Shown: one piece after another, positions 1 to 7,679 of the stretch
How the letters are laid out: each line of letters starts with the position of its first letter
How positions within the stretch are numbered: position 1 is the stretch's first letter
NCBI GenBank assembly: GCA_017609985.1
Contig: JAFCCW010000017.1
Location: 1 to 36,262 of the forward strand
DNA: 36,262 nt
Direction of reading: 5' to 3'
From: Candidatus Iainarchaeum sp.
Lineage (GTDB): Archaea > Iainarchaeota > Iainarchaeia > Iainarchaeales > JAFCCW01
Translations under genes and position numbers: made by a program
The notes under the pieces: generated by a model
Seen by the model: the letters and a program-made list of their open reading frames with translations, nothing else
The model's database searches: none
Told to the model about the DNA's origin: nothing

Positions 1-159
1 CTTCAAAGCCTTTGCAACGTCGTGAGCCAGCTTGAGAGAGGGATTGTACTTTCCCTGCTCGAGAAAGACAATTGTTTCCCTTCTCACTCCAACCTCTTTT
101 GCCAGCTGTTCCTGCGTCATGCTATACTTTGCCCTGAACTCTTTAATCCTTGTATTCAT
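1..159 (-). CDS. XRE/Cro-C1 family helix-turn-helix transcriptional regulator (3' end outside window)
   Basis: Manual translation [53 protein letters not shown]; ATGA overlap with the stop of the upstream gene at 156-159. Confidence 0.9.
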   Translation of the reverse strand, partial: MNTRIKEFRAKYSMTQEQLAKEVGVRRETIVFLEQGKYNPSLKLAHDVAKALK

Positions 160-539
160 TCTGCATCTCCTTTTTTCATGAAATGCCATCTGAAACCAAT
201 TAATGTTGCAGACATCAGAAACAAAAGAATTCCAAGAACAAGGCTTGCGCTCAGCTCAGCAGCTCCAAGATAGTCAATCCAGTAAAGCCCAGCAACTGCC
301 ATGAATGTTATCTGCCAAGACCAAGCTGCTGCGTATCCTGAAAGCTTTTTTGTTCTCTCGTCTTGATTGTGTTGTTCTCTATTCCTGTGTCTGAAGATAG
401 TCAGTACAACAACAACTGCAATAATACTTGTTGCAACAGAGATTGTTTGCCCATTAAATCCCAGCATATAAAACAGGGCAGCAAGCATGACTGCAACTAC
501 TGCAATTCTGTATAAAAGGGTATTTTTCCATGAAACCAT
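156..539 (-). CDS. DUF2178-like membrane protein
   Basis: 4 hydrophobic segments, DERT motif followed by A..SW; coupled to an XRE regulator, the usual context for this family. Confidence 0.75.
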   Translation of the reverse strand: MVSWKNTLLYRIAVVAVMLAALFYMLGFNGQTISVATSIIAVVVVLTIFRHRNREQHNQDERTKKLSGYAAAWSWQITFMAVAGLYWIDYLGAAELSASLVLGILLFLMSATLIGFRWHFMKKGDAE

Positions 540-590
540 TCGAATTCCTCCTATTTTTGATTTATCTTTATCAAGTTATTTTATGTTCGC

Positions 591-1008
591 TTATTCGCTT
601 ATTTTTCTTCTCAGATAGAGTGCAAGCACAAGGAATATGGCTCCTGGCACAAGCACTATTGCTGCCACAAACTGACCAATGGAAAGCTCCTGCATTCCAA
701 GCAGTTCCTGCATGAAGATGTTTGCCCCAGAGCAATCCCACAGTAAGCCAGATTGTAGACAGGTAAGCATAGTAGCCTGCCTTGTGAGCAGCTTTTTTTG
801 ACAGCTCATCTTCTGCTACAAAGCCTTTCTTGATATCGCTTGACCTTTTCCAAATCATAAATGTTGCAATCCCAGCGATTACAAGAATTGTTCCTATTAT
901 CGCATAGTCTGCTACTTCAAGTGCGCTGCCAGCCATCCAGAAATAAACTGTCACAAGCACTGCAGCAACAAGCCCCAACTTTGTAATCAGGGTTATTTTT
1001 TCATTCAT
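591..1008 (-). CDS. DUF2178-like membrane protein with an apparent +1 frameshift at a G4 run (725-728)
   Basis: N-half has EDELSKKAAHKAGY. The hydrophobic C-terminus ANIFMQELLG...LVLALYLRRKISE is in the 591..809 frame. Removing one G joins them. Confidence 0.65.
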
Positions 1009-1021
1009 TTTAAGACCACCT

Positions 1022-1050
1022 AATGTTATGTTATTCTAACACTATGTTAT
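1022..1050. promoter_or_regulatory. Putative operator repeats upstream of the DUF2178/XRE operon
   Basis: Three ATGTTAT copies plus an inverted TAACA in the short intergenic region. Confidence 0.35.
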
Positions 1051-1056
1051 ATTTAT

Positions 1057-1479
1057 CTAACAGCCAGCTTTTGCTTTTTTCTTTGAATCTATCTCTGGAA
1101 TATAAGGCTTTATGTCCAGAACTTTTGTTCCCTCTACTGCATCAATTCCGTTGATTTCAATTCTTTTTCCATTGATTGAATTAACTTTTACTGCTGAATA
1201 GCCAAGCGGGGTTGGTCTGTTTGGTGTGCGAGTGGAGAACAGCCCTTTTGGTTCTGCAGTCCAACCGGTTTGAACTGAAAGCGAGTAACTATCTGATTTG
1301 TCAAGAAGATAAAAAACATGAATGTGTGAAAAACTTTCAAGGTCCTTCAAACCGGCTTCAAATTCCGGAAAAAGCTCTATTTCTGCTTTTTTGTCTGAAA
1401 AAGCAGACTGCCTTGGACAATCCTGCCTTGACTTAAAAACAGAGTGAATTACTCCAATTGGGTTTAGAAAATTTTTCAT
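1057..1479 (-). CDS. trmO: tRNA (N6-threonylcarbamoyladenosine(37)-N6)-methyltransferase TrmO/TsaA family
   Basis: Motifs PIGVIHS, GLKDLESFSH, GLFSTRTPNRP, GIDAVEGTKVLDIKPY; ATG at 1479 preferred. Confidence 0.85.
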   Translation of the reverse strand: MKNFLNPIGVIHSVFKSRQDCPRQSAFSDKKAEIELFPEFEAGLKDLESFSHIHVFYLLDKSDSYSLSVQTGWTAEPKGLFSTRTPNRPTPLGYSAVKVNSINGKRIEINGIDAVEGTKVLDIKPYIPEIDSKKKAKAGC

Positions 1480-1514
1480 ACTGAATAAGTGGTTCAACAT
1501 ATTAAAAAAAGCAT

Positions 1515-1805
1515 TTATTTATTTTTGATTTTCCATTTATCCTTGTTTTTGAGACCAATAGCAAGGTAAATCAGCCCAAGAGCGCTGATTCCAAAAAAGC
1601 CAGGATTCTTTGTCGCAATTCCGATTGCTCCCATTGGCAAAAAACAGATTCCCATTATGAACAGAGCATGATAGTCCGGCTCCAAATTTTCACCAGGCCC
1701 CAGCTTTCTTTTTCTGACAATAAGCACAACAAAACCCAGCAAGAGGAGAAATACAAAAACCCCAATCAAAAGAAATAAGTAAATTCCCTCCACGCAAATC
1801 ACCAA
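1515..1805 (-). CDS. Small membrane protein
   Basis: Three hydrophobic segments; co-oriented downstream of alaS. Confidence 0.7.
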   Translation of the reverse strand: MVICVEGIYLFLLIGVFVFLLLLGFVVLIVRKRKLGPGENLEPDYHALFIMGICFLPMGAIGIATKNPGFFGISALGLIYLAIGLKNKDKWKIKNK

Positions 1806-1825
1806 CCTATTGCATTAACCAATAT

Positions 1826-4228
1826 TTAATTTTTGCATTTCTTGACATTCCTGAATCCCTTAAGCTCTTCCATAAATCTCTTAGCAGTTCTTGCAACATG
1901 CTCGGGCTGAGTGCTGAAAGCACGTGCTGTCTCTTCAAGCAGTCTTTCATCAGACAACTCTTCTTTTTGCACTTTTTTTGCGGGTTCCAGTTCAGTTCCT
2001 TCAATGCTCTTGCCCTTCTTCACTGCCTTTCTTGCCTTCTTCCACTTGCTAAAAAGCTCTCTTGCTCTTGCAGGAACCTGCTGTTTTGAAACACCCATTG
2101 CAAAGGCAGTTTCCTCCAAAAAGCTTGATTTTTCTCCAGTTGCCTTCTCCGCTGCCTTGCCTGAAACATAATTTATTCTCACAATACCATCCTGCACTCT
2201 GCCTGCTTTCTCTCTTGGCAGAATTTCAGACCCAATTGCAATATTTTTCTTGACTAATTCATTAACGCGCACCTCAATTTTTTCAAGCTGTTCATTGGAC
2301 AGGTTTTCAAAGTGGCTGATGTCCAGCCTTCCCTTTTCAACTGTTTTTGCTGCGCCAGCCTGCCAGACATGCCTTCCCAATAGTTCGCGCGCAACAGCAT
2401 TTACTAAGTGGGCAGTGGTGTGATGCTGGGTCAACTGTTCCCGCCTTTCAAAGTCAATAATTCCTCTAATCTTATCGCCTTCCTTGAATAAAGGCTTTTC
2501 AGACAGGCTGTGAATAATGTGACCGTTCTGAGTGAACACTGCCTCAATCTTCTGCCCCCCCAGCTCGCCAGTGTCATGTTCCTGCCCCCCAGAAGTTGGA
2601 TAAAAACCAGTCCTGTCAAGAACAACAAGAGAGCCAATAATCTTCAAGACAACTGCGTCAAACTCTGTTTTTTTCCAATTGCTCCAGTAAAGCTTTTCTG
2701 TTTCAGGCAATTTATCCAAATCAATTTTTTTCTCCTTTTCAGTTCTAAGCTTTGATTCCTTCTGCTCATGTCTTTCAGAAACCATGGCATAGAAGTCATC
2801 AGGAATCTTCACTGAAATTCCCTTTTCTCCAGCTTCTTTTTCAACATCCTCTGGGGACACGCCGTGTGAGTCATAAAGCTCTATCAACTCTGCTTTGGAA
2901 ATCTTTTTGTCCTTCAAAACAGATTCAATTATCTGACCAGAGCGCTTAACATTCTCAACATGCTTTCGCTTTTCAGACTCAAGAATTTCATTAACATTTT
3001 TAAGATTCTTTGAAAGCTCAGGATACATTGGTTTCAGAAAACGGGCATGCAATTCAATAAGTTTTTGAGAATCAACACTCCACTCGTTCTTGTCCGCAAA
3101 CCCAAAAGCCCGCCTCAAAATTGTTCTAAGATTATAGCCCCCGCCCACATTAGATGGCAAAGCACCATCATTCAGAGCAAAAAGTGCAGCTCTTGAATGC
3201 TCCCCAATGGAGTAAATCGCAACAAGCGGCAGGATTTTTTCCTTCATTTTCTTAACATCATAACCTGTTTGCTTAGAAATATGCTTCCAAACCTTGTTCA
3301 CATCTTCAACCTCATCAAGGTTAAGCAGTGCAGAGAAAGGAAGAAATTTCTGCATTAATTCTTCATCCGGCTTGAAGCCAGTCAGCTTGTACAAATACTT
3401 TGCCACAGTTGGAAAAGTTGTCTCATAACTATTGCTCTTGCCGGTAGAAAACCAAGGCACGCGTTCATGCCCCTGCCCCATATCCAAGACCTTTATATCT
3501 AATTCACAAGCTCCGCCTTCCTCTACCTGATACTGCATGTAAACCTGGTTTCCAATTTCCATCCCCTTGCTGAAAAATTCCATGCTTGGCCCGAAAGTTC
3601 CGCCGCCAGCCCAGGCATCCTCATGCACAACAATCTCGTCTTCTGGAACAGTCATGCCCTTGGAAATCCATTCAAAATACTCTTTCCAATAAGTTTCCAT
3701 ATCATAGTCTTTTGCCTGCTCAAAATGAAGCTGTCCAAGCATGTCAAAGCACACATAATGCGAGCCAGTAACACCAACATTGTCAATGTCATTAAATCGA
3801 AGGCTTGGCTGAGGAATAATAACTGCATTGCTCTTTGGCTTTATTTCTCCCGAAACCACATACGGCTGAAATGGATAGACAGAGGCTCCAACCCAGTAAA
3901 CATCATCCCGCCATCTAGCAACAACAGGATAGCGCTTATACTCAAAATAGCCTTTTTTCCTGAAAAACTTCTTGAACGCGTCCCATGTTTCAATGTAATC
4001 AAACTTCTTCTTGGTGTTCGGCGAGCCAATAAATTGATAGCCTCCAAGGCACTGTGCGTCTCCACAGACACTCCTGTTCTCGTCAGTTGACCAGAAAAAG
4101 TTTCCGCATTTTTCACACTTGTTTCTGTGAAAACCAAGTTCTTTAAGAGCACTAACAGGATAATGTTTTTCAGGTTGCTTCTGAGCCTTTGCTCTAAACT
4201 CTTTCTTAACCTGCTTGTCTGTTTTCAT
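1826..4228 (-). CDS. alaS: Alanine--tRNA ligase, archaeal type; editing domain has an internal deletion
   Basis: CEKC Zn motif, YPVVARWRDD, FQP, WAGGGTFGP, GGGYNLR, LYDSHG, FYPTSGGQ, QHHTTAH; the CGGTH motif is absent. Confidence 0.95.
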   Translation of the reverse strand: MKTDKQVKKEFRAKAQKQPEKHYPVSALKELGFHRNKCEKCGNFFWSTDENRSVCGDAQCLGGYQFIGSPNTKKKFDYIETWDAFKKFFRKKGYFEYKRYPVVARWRDDVYWVGASVYPFQPYVVSGEIKPKSNAVIIPQPSLRFNDIDNVGVTGSHYVCFDMLGQLHFEQAKDYDMETYWKEYFEWISKGMTVPEDEIVVHEDAWAGGGTFGPSMEFFSKGMEIGNQVYMQYQVEEGGACELDIKVLDMGQGHERVPWFSTGKSNSYETTFPTVAKYLYKLTGFKPDEELMQKFLPFSALLNLDEVEDVNKVWKHISKQTGYDVKKMKEKILPLVAIYSIGEHSRAALFALNDGALPSNVGGGYNLRTILRRAFGFADKNEWSVDSQKLIELHARFLKPMYPELSKNLKNVNEILESEKRKHVENVKRSGQIIESVLKDKKISKAELIELYDSHGVSPEDVEKEAGEKGISVKIPDDFYAMVSERHEQKESKLRTEKEKKIDLDKLPETEKLYWSNWKKTEFDAVVLKIIGSLVVLDRTGFYPTSGGQEHDTGELGGQKIEAVFTQNGHIIHSLSEKPLFKEGDKIRGIIDFERREQLTQHHTTAHLVNAVARELLGRHVWQAGAAKTVEKGRLDISHFENLSNEQLEKIEVRVNELVKKNIAIGSEILPREKAGRVQDGIVRINYVSGKAAEKATGEKSSFLEETAFAMGVSKQQVPARARELFSKWKKARKAVKKGKSIEGTELEPAKKVQKEELSDERLLEETARAFSTQPEHVARTAKRFMEELKGFRNVKKCKN

Positions 4229-4279
4229 GCAATAAAATAGTATAAAAAGGTTTTTTAAGATAGGGAGCAGTCTTAATTC

Positions 4280-4936
4280 TCATCTTCGCCTTCGCGACTT
4301 TGGAAGAACATCCTGCTGCCTTCTTCTCAACGCCGTGTGTCTCTCGCCTCTCGCCCTGTTTCTCTCCTGCTTTCGTCTTTCTCCCGCTCTAAGAGTTCCA
4401 AGAAGAGAAGCGAAACCAAAGAGCACCGGGATAGTGGAGCCAGCAGCAACTCCAGCAGTGCTTGCTTTTTTGTAGTTTGCTCTTTGTTTCTTTAAAAATT
4501 CTTCAGCTTTTTTTTCCACTCCCGCAGTATGCTGGGATTCAGACAAGTGCCTTAGCACAGCAGTAATATTTTCCTGGTTGTTTGCTCTTGGAACAACATA
4601 GTAAACCTTGTCCCCAACAATCTTGAAAGCATTCCTATTTTTTTCCCTTGCATTTCTTGCTTCTGTTGAACCAATTTCTGCAGTCCCAACAATACTCAGG
4701 TCCCGAGCAAAATCATCCAAAAAACATTCTGAAGTAAACCTGTGCCTTGCAAGCTCTCTTGGTTCAAGAGTAAGTTCTCGTCCAACTGCTCCGGCAAGAC
4801 CAGCTCCAATTGCAAGTCCGAGAACAGAATTTCTAGCAGTTCTGCCCATGAACTTTAAGATTCGCCAATAAGAAGTATAGACATCACCGTTTCTTGAAAC
4901 TTCAAAGTCAGGCTCTTGTTCTCTTTCCTTTACCAT
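4280..4936 (-). CDS. Hypothetical membrane protein with Arg-rich C-terminus
   Basis: 218-aa ORF with ATG start and two Gly/Ala-rich hydrophobic segments. Confidence 0.65.
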   Translation of the reverse strand: MVKEREQEPDFEVSRNGDVYTSYWRILKFMGRTARNSVLGLAIGAGLAGAVGRELTLEPRELARHRFTSECFLDDFARDLSIVGTAEIGSTEARNAREKNRNAFKIVGDKVYYVVPRANNQENITAVLRHLSESQHTAGVEKKAEEFLKKQRANYKKASTAGVAAGSTIPVLFGFASLLGTLRAGERRKQERNRARGERHTALRRRQQDVLPKSRRRR

Positions 4937-5028
4937 AACAATTGTAATAAGTTAATAGTTAATAAATCTTTCAGCTGACTTTGTTTTATACAAAACTATT
5001 TTATAGACAAAATGCAATTAATTCAGTT

Positions 5029-5189
5029 ATGAGACTAAAACCGAGAAAGCGAGATCCTCCAAAAGTTGTTCTGCTTGGAAATGTTGGATTAAGACATCAA
5101 GGAGAACAAATATTATCCAGAACATCCAAGCTAGCAAATCGTTTCTCTGGATTTAAATTTTTTGGAATAGACAAAACTGGAATTGTGTA
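5029..5189 (+). pseudogene. 5' part of a host gene (SAM-methyltransferase-like fold) interrupted by the transposon
   Basis: KVVLLGNVG...LANRFSGFKFFGID resembles methyltransferase motifs I/II; joins in frame to 8806..9217 on element removal. Confidence 0.7.
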
Positions 5190-5262
5190 GGTAAATTAAA
5201 AGATACGTTGTGCCTTTATATTATTAATAAATGTTTTGTACAGTATTTATTTAGGTTTATAT

Positions 5263-6348
5263 ATGTCAACTATGTCAGAATATGTTGGATTTGATTCAAA
5301 GAGGTTTGTGCGAGGGCGATTTGAAGCGCTTATTGGTGTGGGTATTACAATCCAAAAAAGCAAGTTTGAAGAGTTTAAAGAAGTTTATAACAATTTTATG
5401 AAGGAACTTTTTAATAATAATAATATCCCTTATAGAAGGCCAATATATAAGTCTTATGATTTAAAACGATTGTTTTTTTCCCAGGGAATTCACCCTATCG
5501 AAGATTTTGTTAAGGAAACAAAAGGATTAATAGATTTTGTCGATTTTTATTATTCTTATTTTAAAAATAAGACTATGGATCAGAAAGACGATGAAACCAA
5601 AGATAAGATAACAGATTTTATTGATGTTTATTACAACGCCCCTAAAGGAAAGCAAACAGTTAGTGCTATTAAGTTTATGAATATTATTGAACCAACATAC
5701 CCTGCGATTTGTGTGTGGTCTTTTATTAACTCAAATCCTCTAAAATGTGATGCTGATTTCTATATTGATAATTTTAAGGCACTTCCTTCAAAAATGTGGA
5801 ATGAGTTAAGCAATATCAAAACAATGAATGTAGTATACAGTGGTGGAAAATGCAATTATTTGGTATCTGCTGCAGATTTATATTTATGTTGTATAGAGGA
5901 TAGAATTAGAGAAGGAGATGTTCCTCTTAATCGTTCAGTACATAAAATATTGCATCCTGACTTTACTGGTAAATTTGATACAAATTTTGTAGGAACCCAT
6001 TATTTGTATCCTTTAGCACCAGCAAGTAAATCAGAGATTAGTATTAATTCAAAAATATTACACCCAATATACTATATCTTCACAGAAGGAAGTGAAATAT
6101 TTTCAAAGACGTTTGGCAGGAAGGGTGGTGAACAAACATTTTTAGAACAATCGCCATTTCTTGATAAAGTCTTATCTATTGCTGCGAAAGAAAATGGGAG
6201 CGTAAAATTCTATGACCCAACACAAGATAACAGTTTTATTCTCCCTTCTGACAAGTTCTATTATTATGGGGAGAAAGGTAAAGAGAAAATTGAAACATTA
6301 AAACGACTTGGGTTTACAAATGAAATATCTACAGCAGAAAACATATAA
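5263..6348 (+). CDS. Hypothetical protein with probable RNase H-like (DUF3800-like) acidic motifs; transposon cargo
   Basis: Long ORF; YVGFDS near the N-terminus, FYIDNF, and LVSAADLY follow the D..D..D spacing of RNase H-fold proteins; fold is inferred. Confidence 0.6.
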   Translation: MSTMSEYVGFDSKRFVRGRFEALIGVGITIQKSKFEEFKEVYNNFMKELFNNNNIPYRRPIYKSYDLKRLFFSQGIHPIEDFVKETKGLIDFVDFYYSYFKNKTMDQKDDETKDKITDFIDVYYNAPKGKQTVSAIKFMNIIEPTYPAICVWSFINSNPLKCDADFYIDNFKALPSKMWNELSNIKTMNVVYSGGKCNYLVSAADLYLCCIEDRIREGDVPLNRSVHKILHPDFTGKFDTNFVGTHYLYPLAPASKSEISINSKILHPIYYIFTEGSEIFSKTFGRKGGEQTFLEQSPFLDKVLSIAAKENGSVKFYDPTQDNSFILPSDKFYYYGEKGKEKIETLKRLGFTNEISTAENI

Positions 6349-6358
6349 ATTAAATTAT

Positions 6359-6397
6359 GAGATAATGGCCCATTATCCTGGTCTGGAAAACACGCCT
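6359..6397 (-). ncRNA. Candidate ~40-nt small RNA convergent with the RNase H-like gene
   Basis: Minus-strand TATA box TTTATATA at 6427-6420, ~30 nt upstream of a GC-richer segment ending in the hairpin GATAATG-GGC-CATTATC. Confidence 0.35.
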
Positions 6398-6439
6398 AAA
6401 TTATTAATCGTCCTTTAAGTATATAAAGGTTATGTTAAC

Positions 6440-7153
6440 TCAATTCTCTGCAGTTTTTTTTGATTCCTCTTCTTCCATTTCCTCTTCCAAACATTTTATT
6501 AGAAATTTGAGTTTAGCTATTTTAGCTTTGTTTTTAGGGACTGTTAAACTAATACCATCACTAAGTAGATTTGCCCTGTAAACTTCATTCTCGTTAAAGT
6601 TAGTGACCTCCTCTCCTTGCTCAAATTGGCTAACTTCACTCAAATTATCACCTTTGGATTCGAAATCGTCGTTTTCCTTAATATTTTTATTAGTTTTAAT
6701 AATAGTTATATATGGCGTAAGAGTTTTATATATATTCTTAATTTTTCGTTCTTTCTTTAATGCTTCTACTTGTGAAAATCCCGCATTAATTAGTTGAGCT
6801 TCGAAATTGATGCCTTCAATATCATTACCAATATTCTCAGATAATGTGCGAAAGAGAGATACATTTGTTATGGCTTCAAGAATATATTCCTCTCTCCTCT
6901 CGGCTTTTGCATAAACAATCTTTCTCCCCAACTCAGTGATCCTAATATCTCCTCGTTTATCTAATAGCCCATATTTCCTTAAGTCAGATACTGTATTTAT
7001 AAACGCCCCATTATTTGAGGAGCTATACCCCAAGAGTTTAGCAAAGGCATCCCTATTTGCCGAGTATCCTTTCAATTCTTTTTCAAACTTTTCAATAAGC
7101 TCAATCGCCTTATTGATTCTCAAGGTAGGATATTCTATTCTTTTTGCAACCAT
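6440..7153 (-). CDS. Winged-helix domain protein; transposon cargo
   Basis: YP...AIE...FAKLLGYSS...VSDLRKYGLLD...IRITELGRKI winged-helix pattern, acidic linker, short C-terminal domain. Confidence 0.7.
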   Translation of the reverse strand: MVAKRIEYPTLRINKAIELIEKFEKELKGYSANRDAFAKLLGYSSSNNGAFINTVSDLRKYGLLDKRGDIRITELGRKIVYAKAERREEYILEAITNVSLFRTLSENIGNDIEGINFEAQLINAGFSQVEALKKERKIKNIYKTLTPYITIIKTNKNIKENDDFESKGDNLSEVSQFEQGEEVTNFNENEVYRANLLSDGISLTVPKNKAKIAKLKFLIKCLEEEMEEEESKKTAEN

Positions 7154-7298
7154 GTAAAATCACTTACTATTTCTTGATACAATGAGTTAATAAACATAAC
7201 GTTTTTAGCTAATATTTGTAACTCATTACATAACGTGTTTTTCACATAAGCAGTAATGGAAATAACGCAAGTTATTTAAACATTTGCGGTCTAATATT

Positions 7299-7442
7299 GG
7301 CGACTCAATGATGTTTCTTTAAGGGATTCTTGGGAGAAACAGAGGGTTGGTAGGTTTTGCAGGGATCATCTCTCCTGCAGACCTATCTTGTACGATGTAG
7401 GGCAAAACCTTCTTAGGCACTCCAGTTGCCCTACATTCTTTT
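7299..7442 (+). ncRNA. Candidate structured ncRNA: kink-turn hairpin plus two further hairpins
   Basis: TATTTAAA at 7273-7280; three adjacent stems (7301-7349, 7349-7387, 7394-7437) with G-U pairs that favour the + strand; T-rich end. Confidence 0.6.
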
Positions 7443-7468
7443 ATATGTTGGTGATGCAAAGATATTAA

Positions 7469-7597
7469 CTACCTTTTGCCTTGTTTGAATCCTTTTTGCT
7501 CTAGGGCCCACTTAAACAGTTTTGTGGGGCTGATTAGCTTATCTTTAAGGAATTCTTTTTCTTCTTTTGTCAGCGAAATTGAGACCCATTCAGGCAT
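7469..7597 (-). CDS. 42-aa ribbon-helix-helix-like DNA-binding protein, divergent from the transposase
   Basis: Manual translation MPEWVSISLTKEEKEFLKDKLISPTKLFKWALEQKGFKQGKR; alternating beta strand VSISL followed by two helices. Confidence 0.65.
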   Translation of the reverse strand: MPEWVSISLTKEEKEFLKDKLISPTKLFKWALEQKGFKQGKR

Positions 7598-7607
7598 ATT
7601 ATCTAAT

Positions 7608-7671
7608 TTATACAAATTATACAATATGTTTAAATACTTAACTGCTTATACAATTTATACAAGTTGTATAA
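7608..7671. promoter_or_regulatory. TTATACAA operator array around a TATA box between the RHH gene and the transposase
   Basis: TTATACAA at 7608, 7617, 7646 and 7655, inverted TTGTATAA at 7664; TTTAAATA at 7629-7636. Confidence 0.7.
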
Positions 7672-7679
7672 GTGGTTTG

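Noticed and set aside
6380-6392. tRNA-Gly(UCC) anticodon-loop mimic in the small RNA candidate (GU-UUUCCAG-AC)
   Set aside because: Only a 2-bp stem supports it; too weak without homologue alignments
7476-7679. N-terminal 68 codons of the 455-aa transposase ORF
   Set aside because: They overlap the RHH-like gene and operator array; ATG 7680 just before the Zn ribbon is the plausible start
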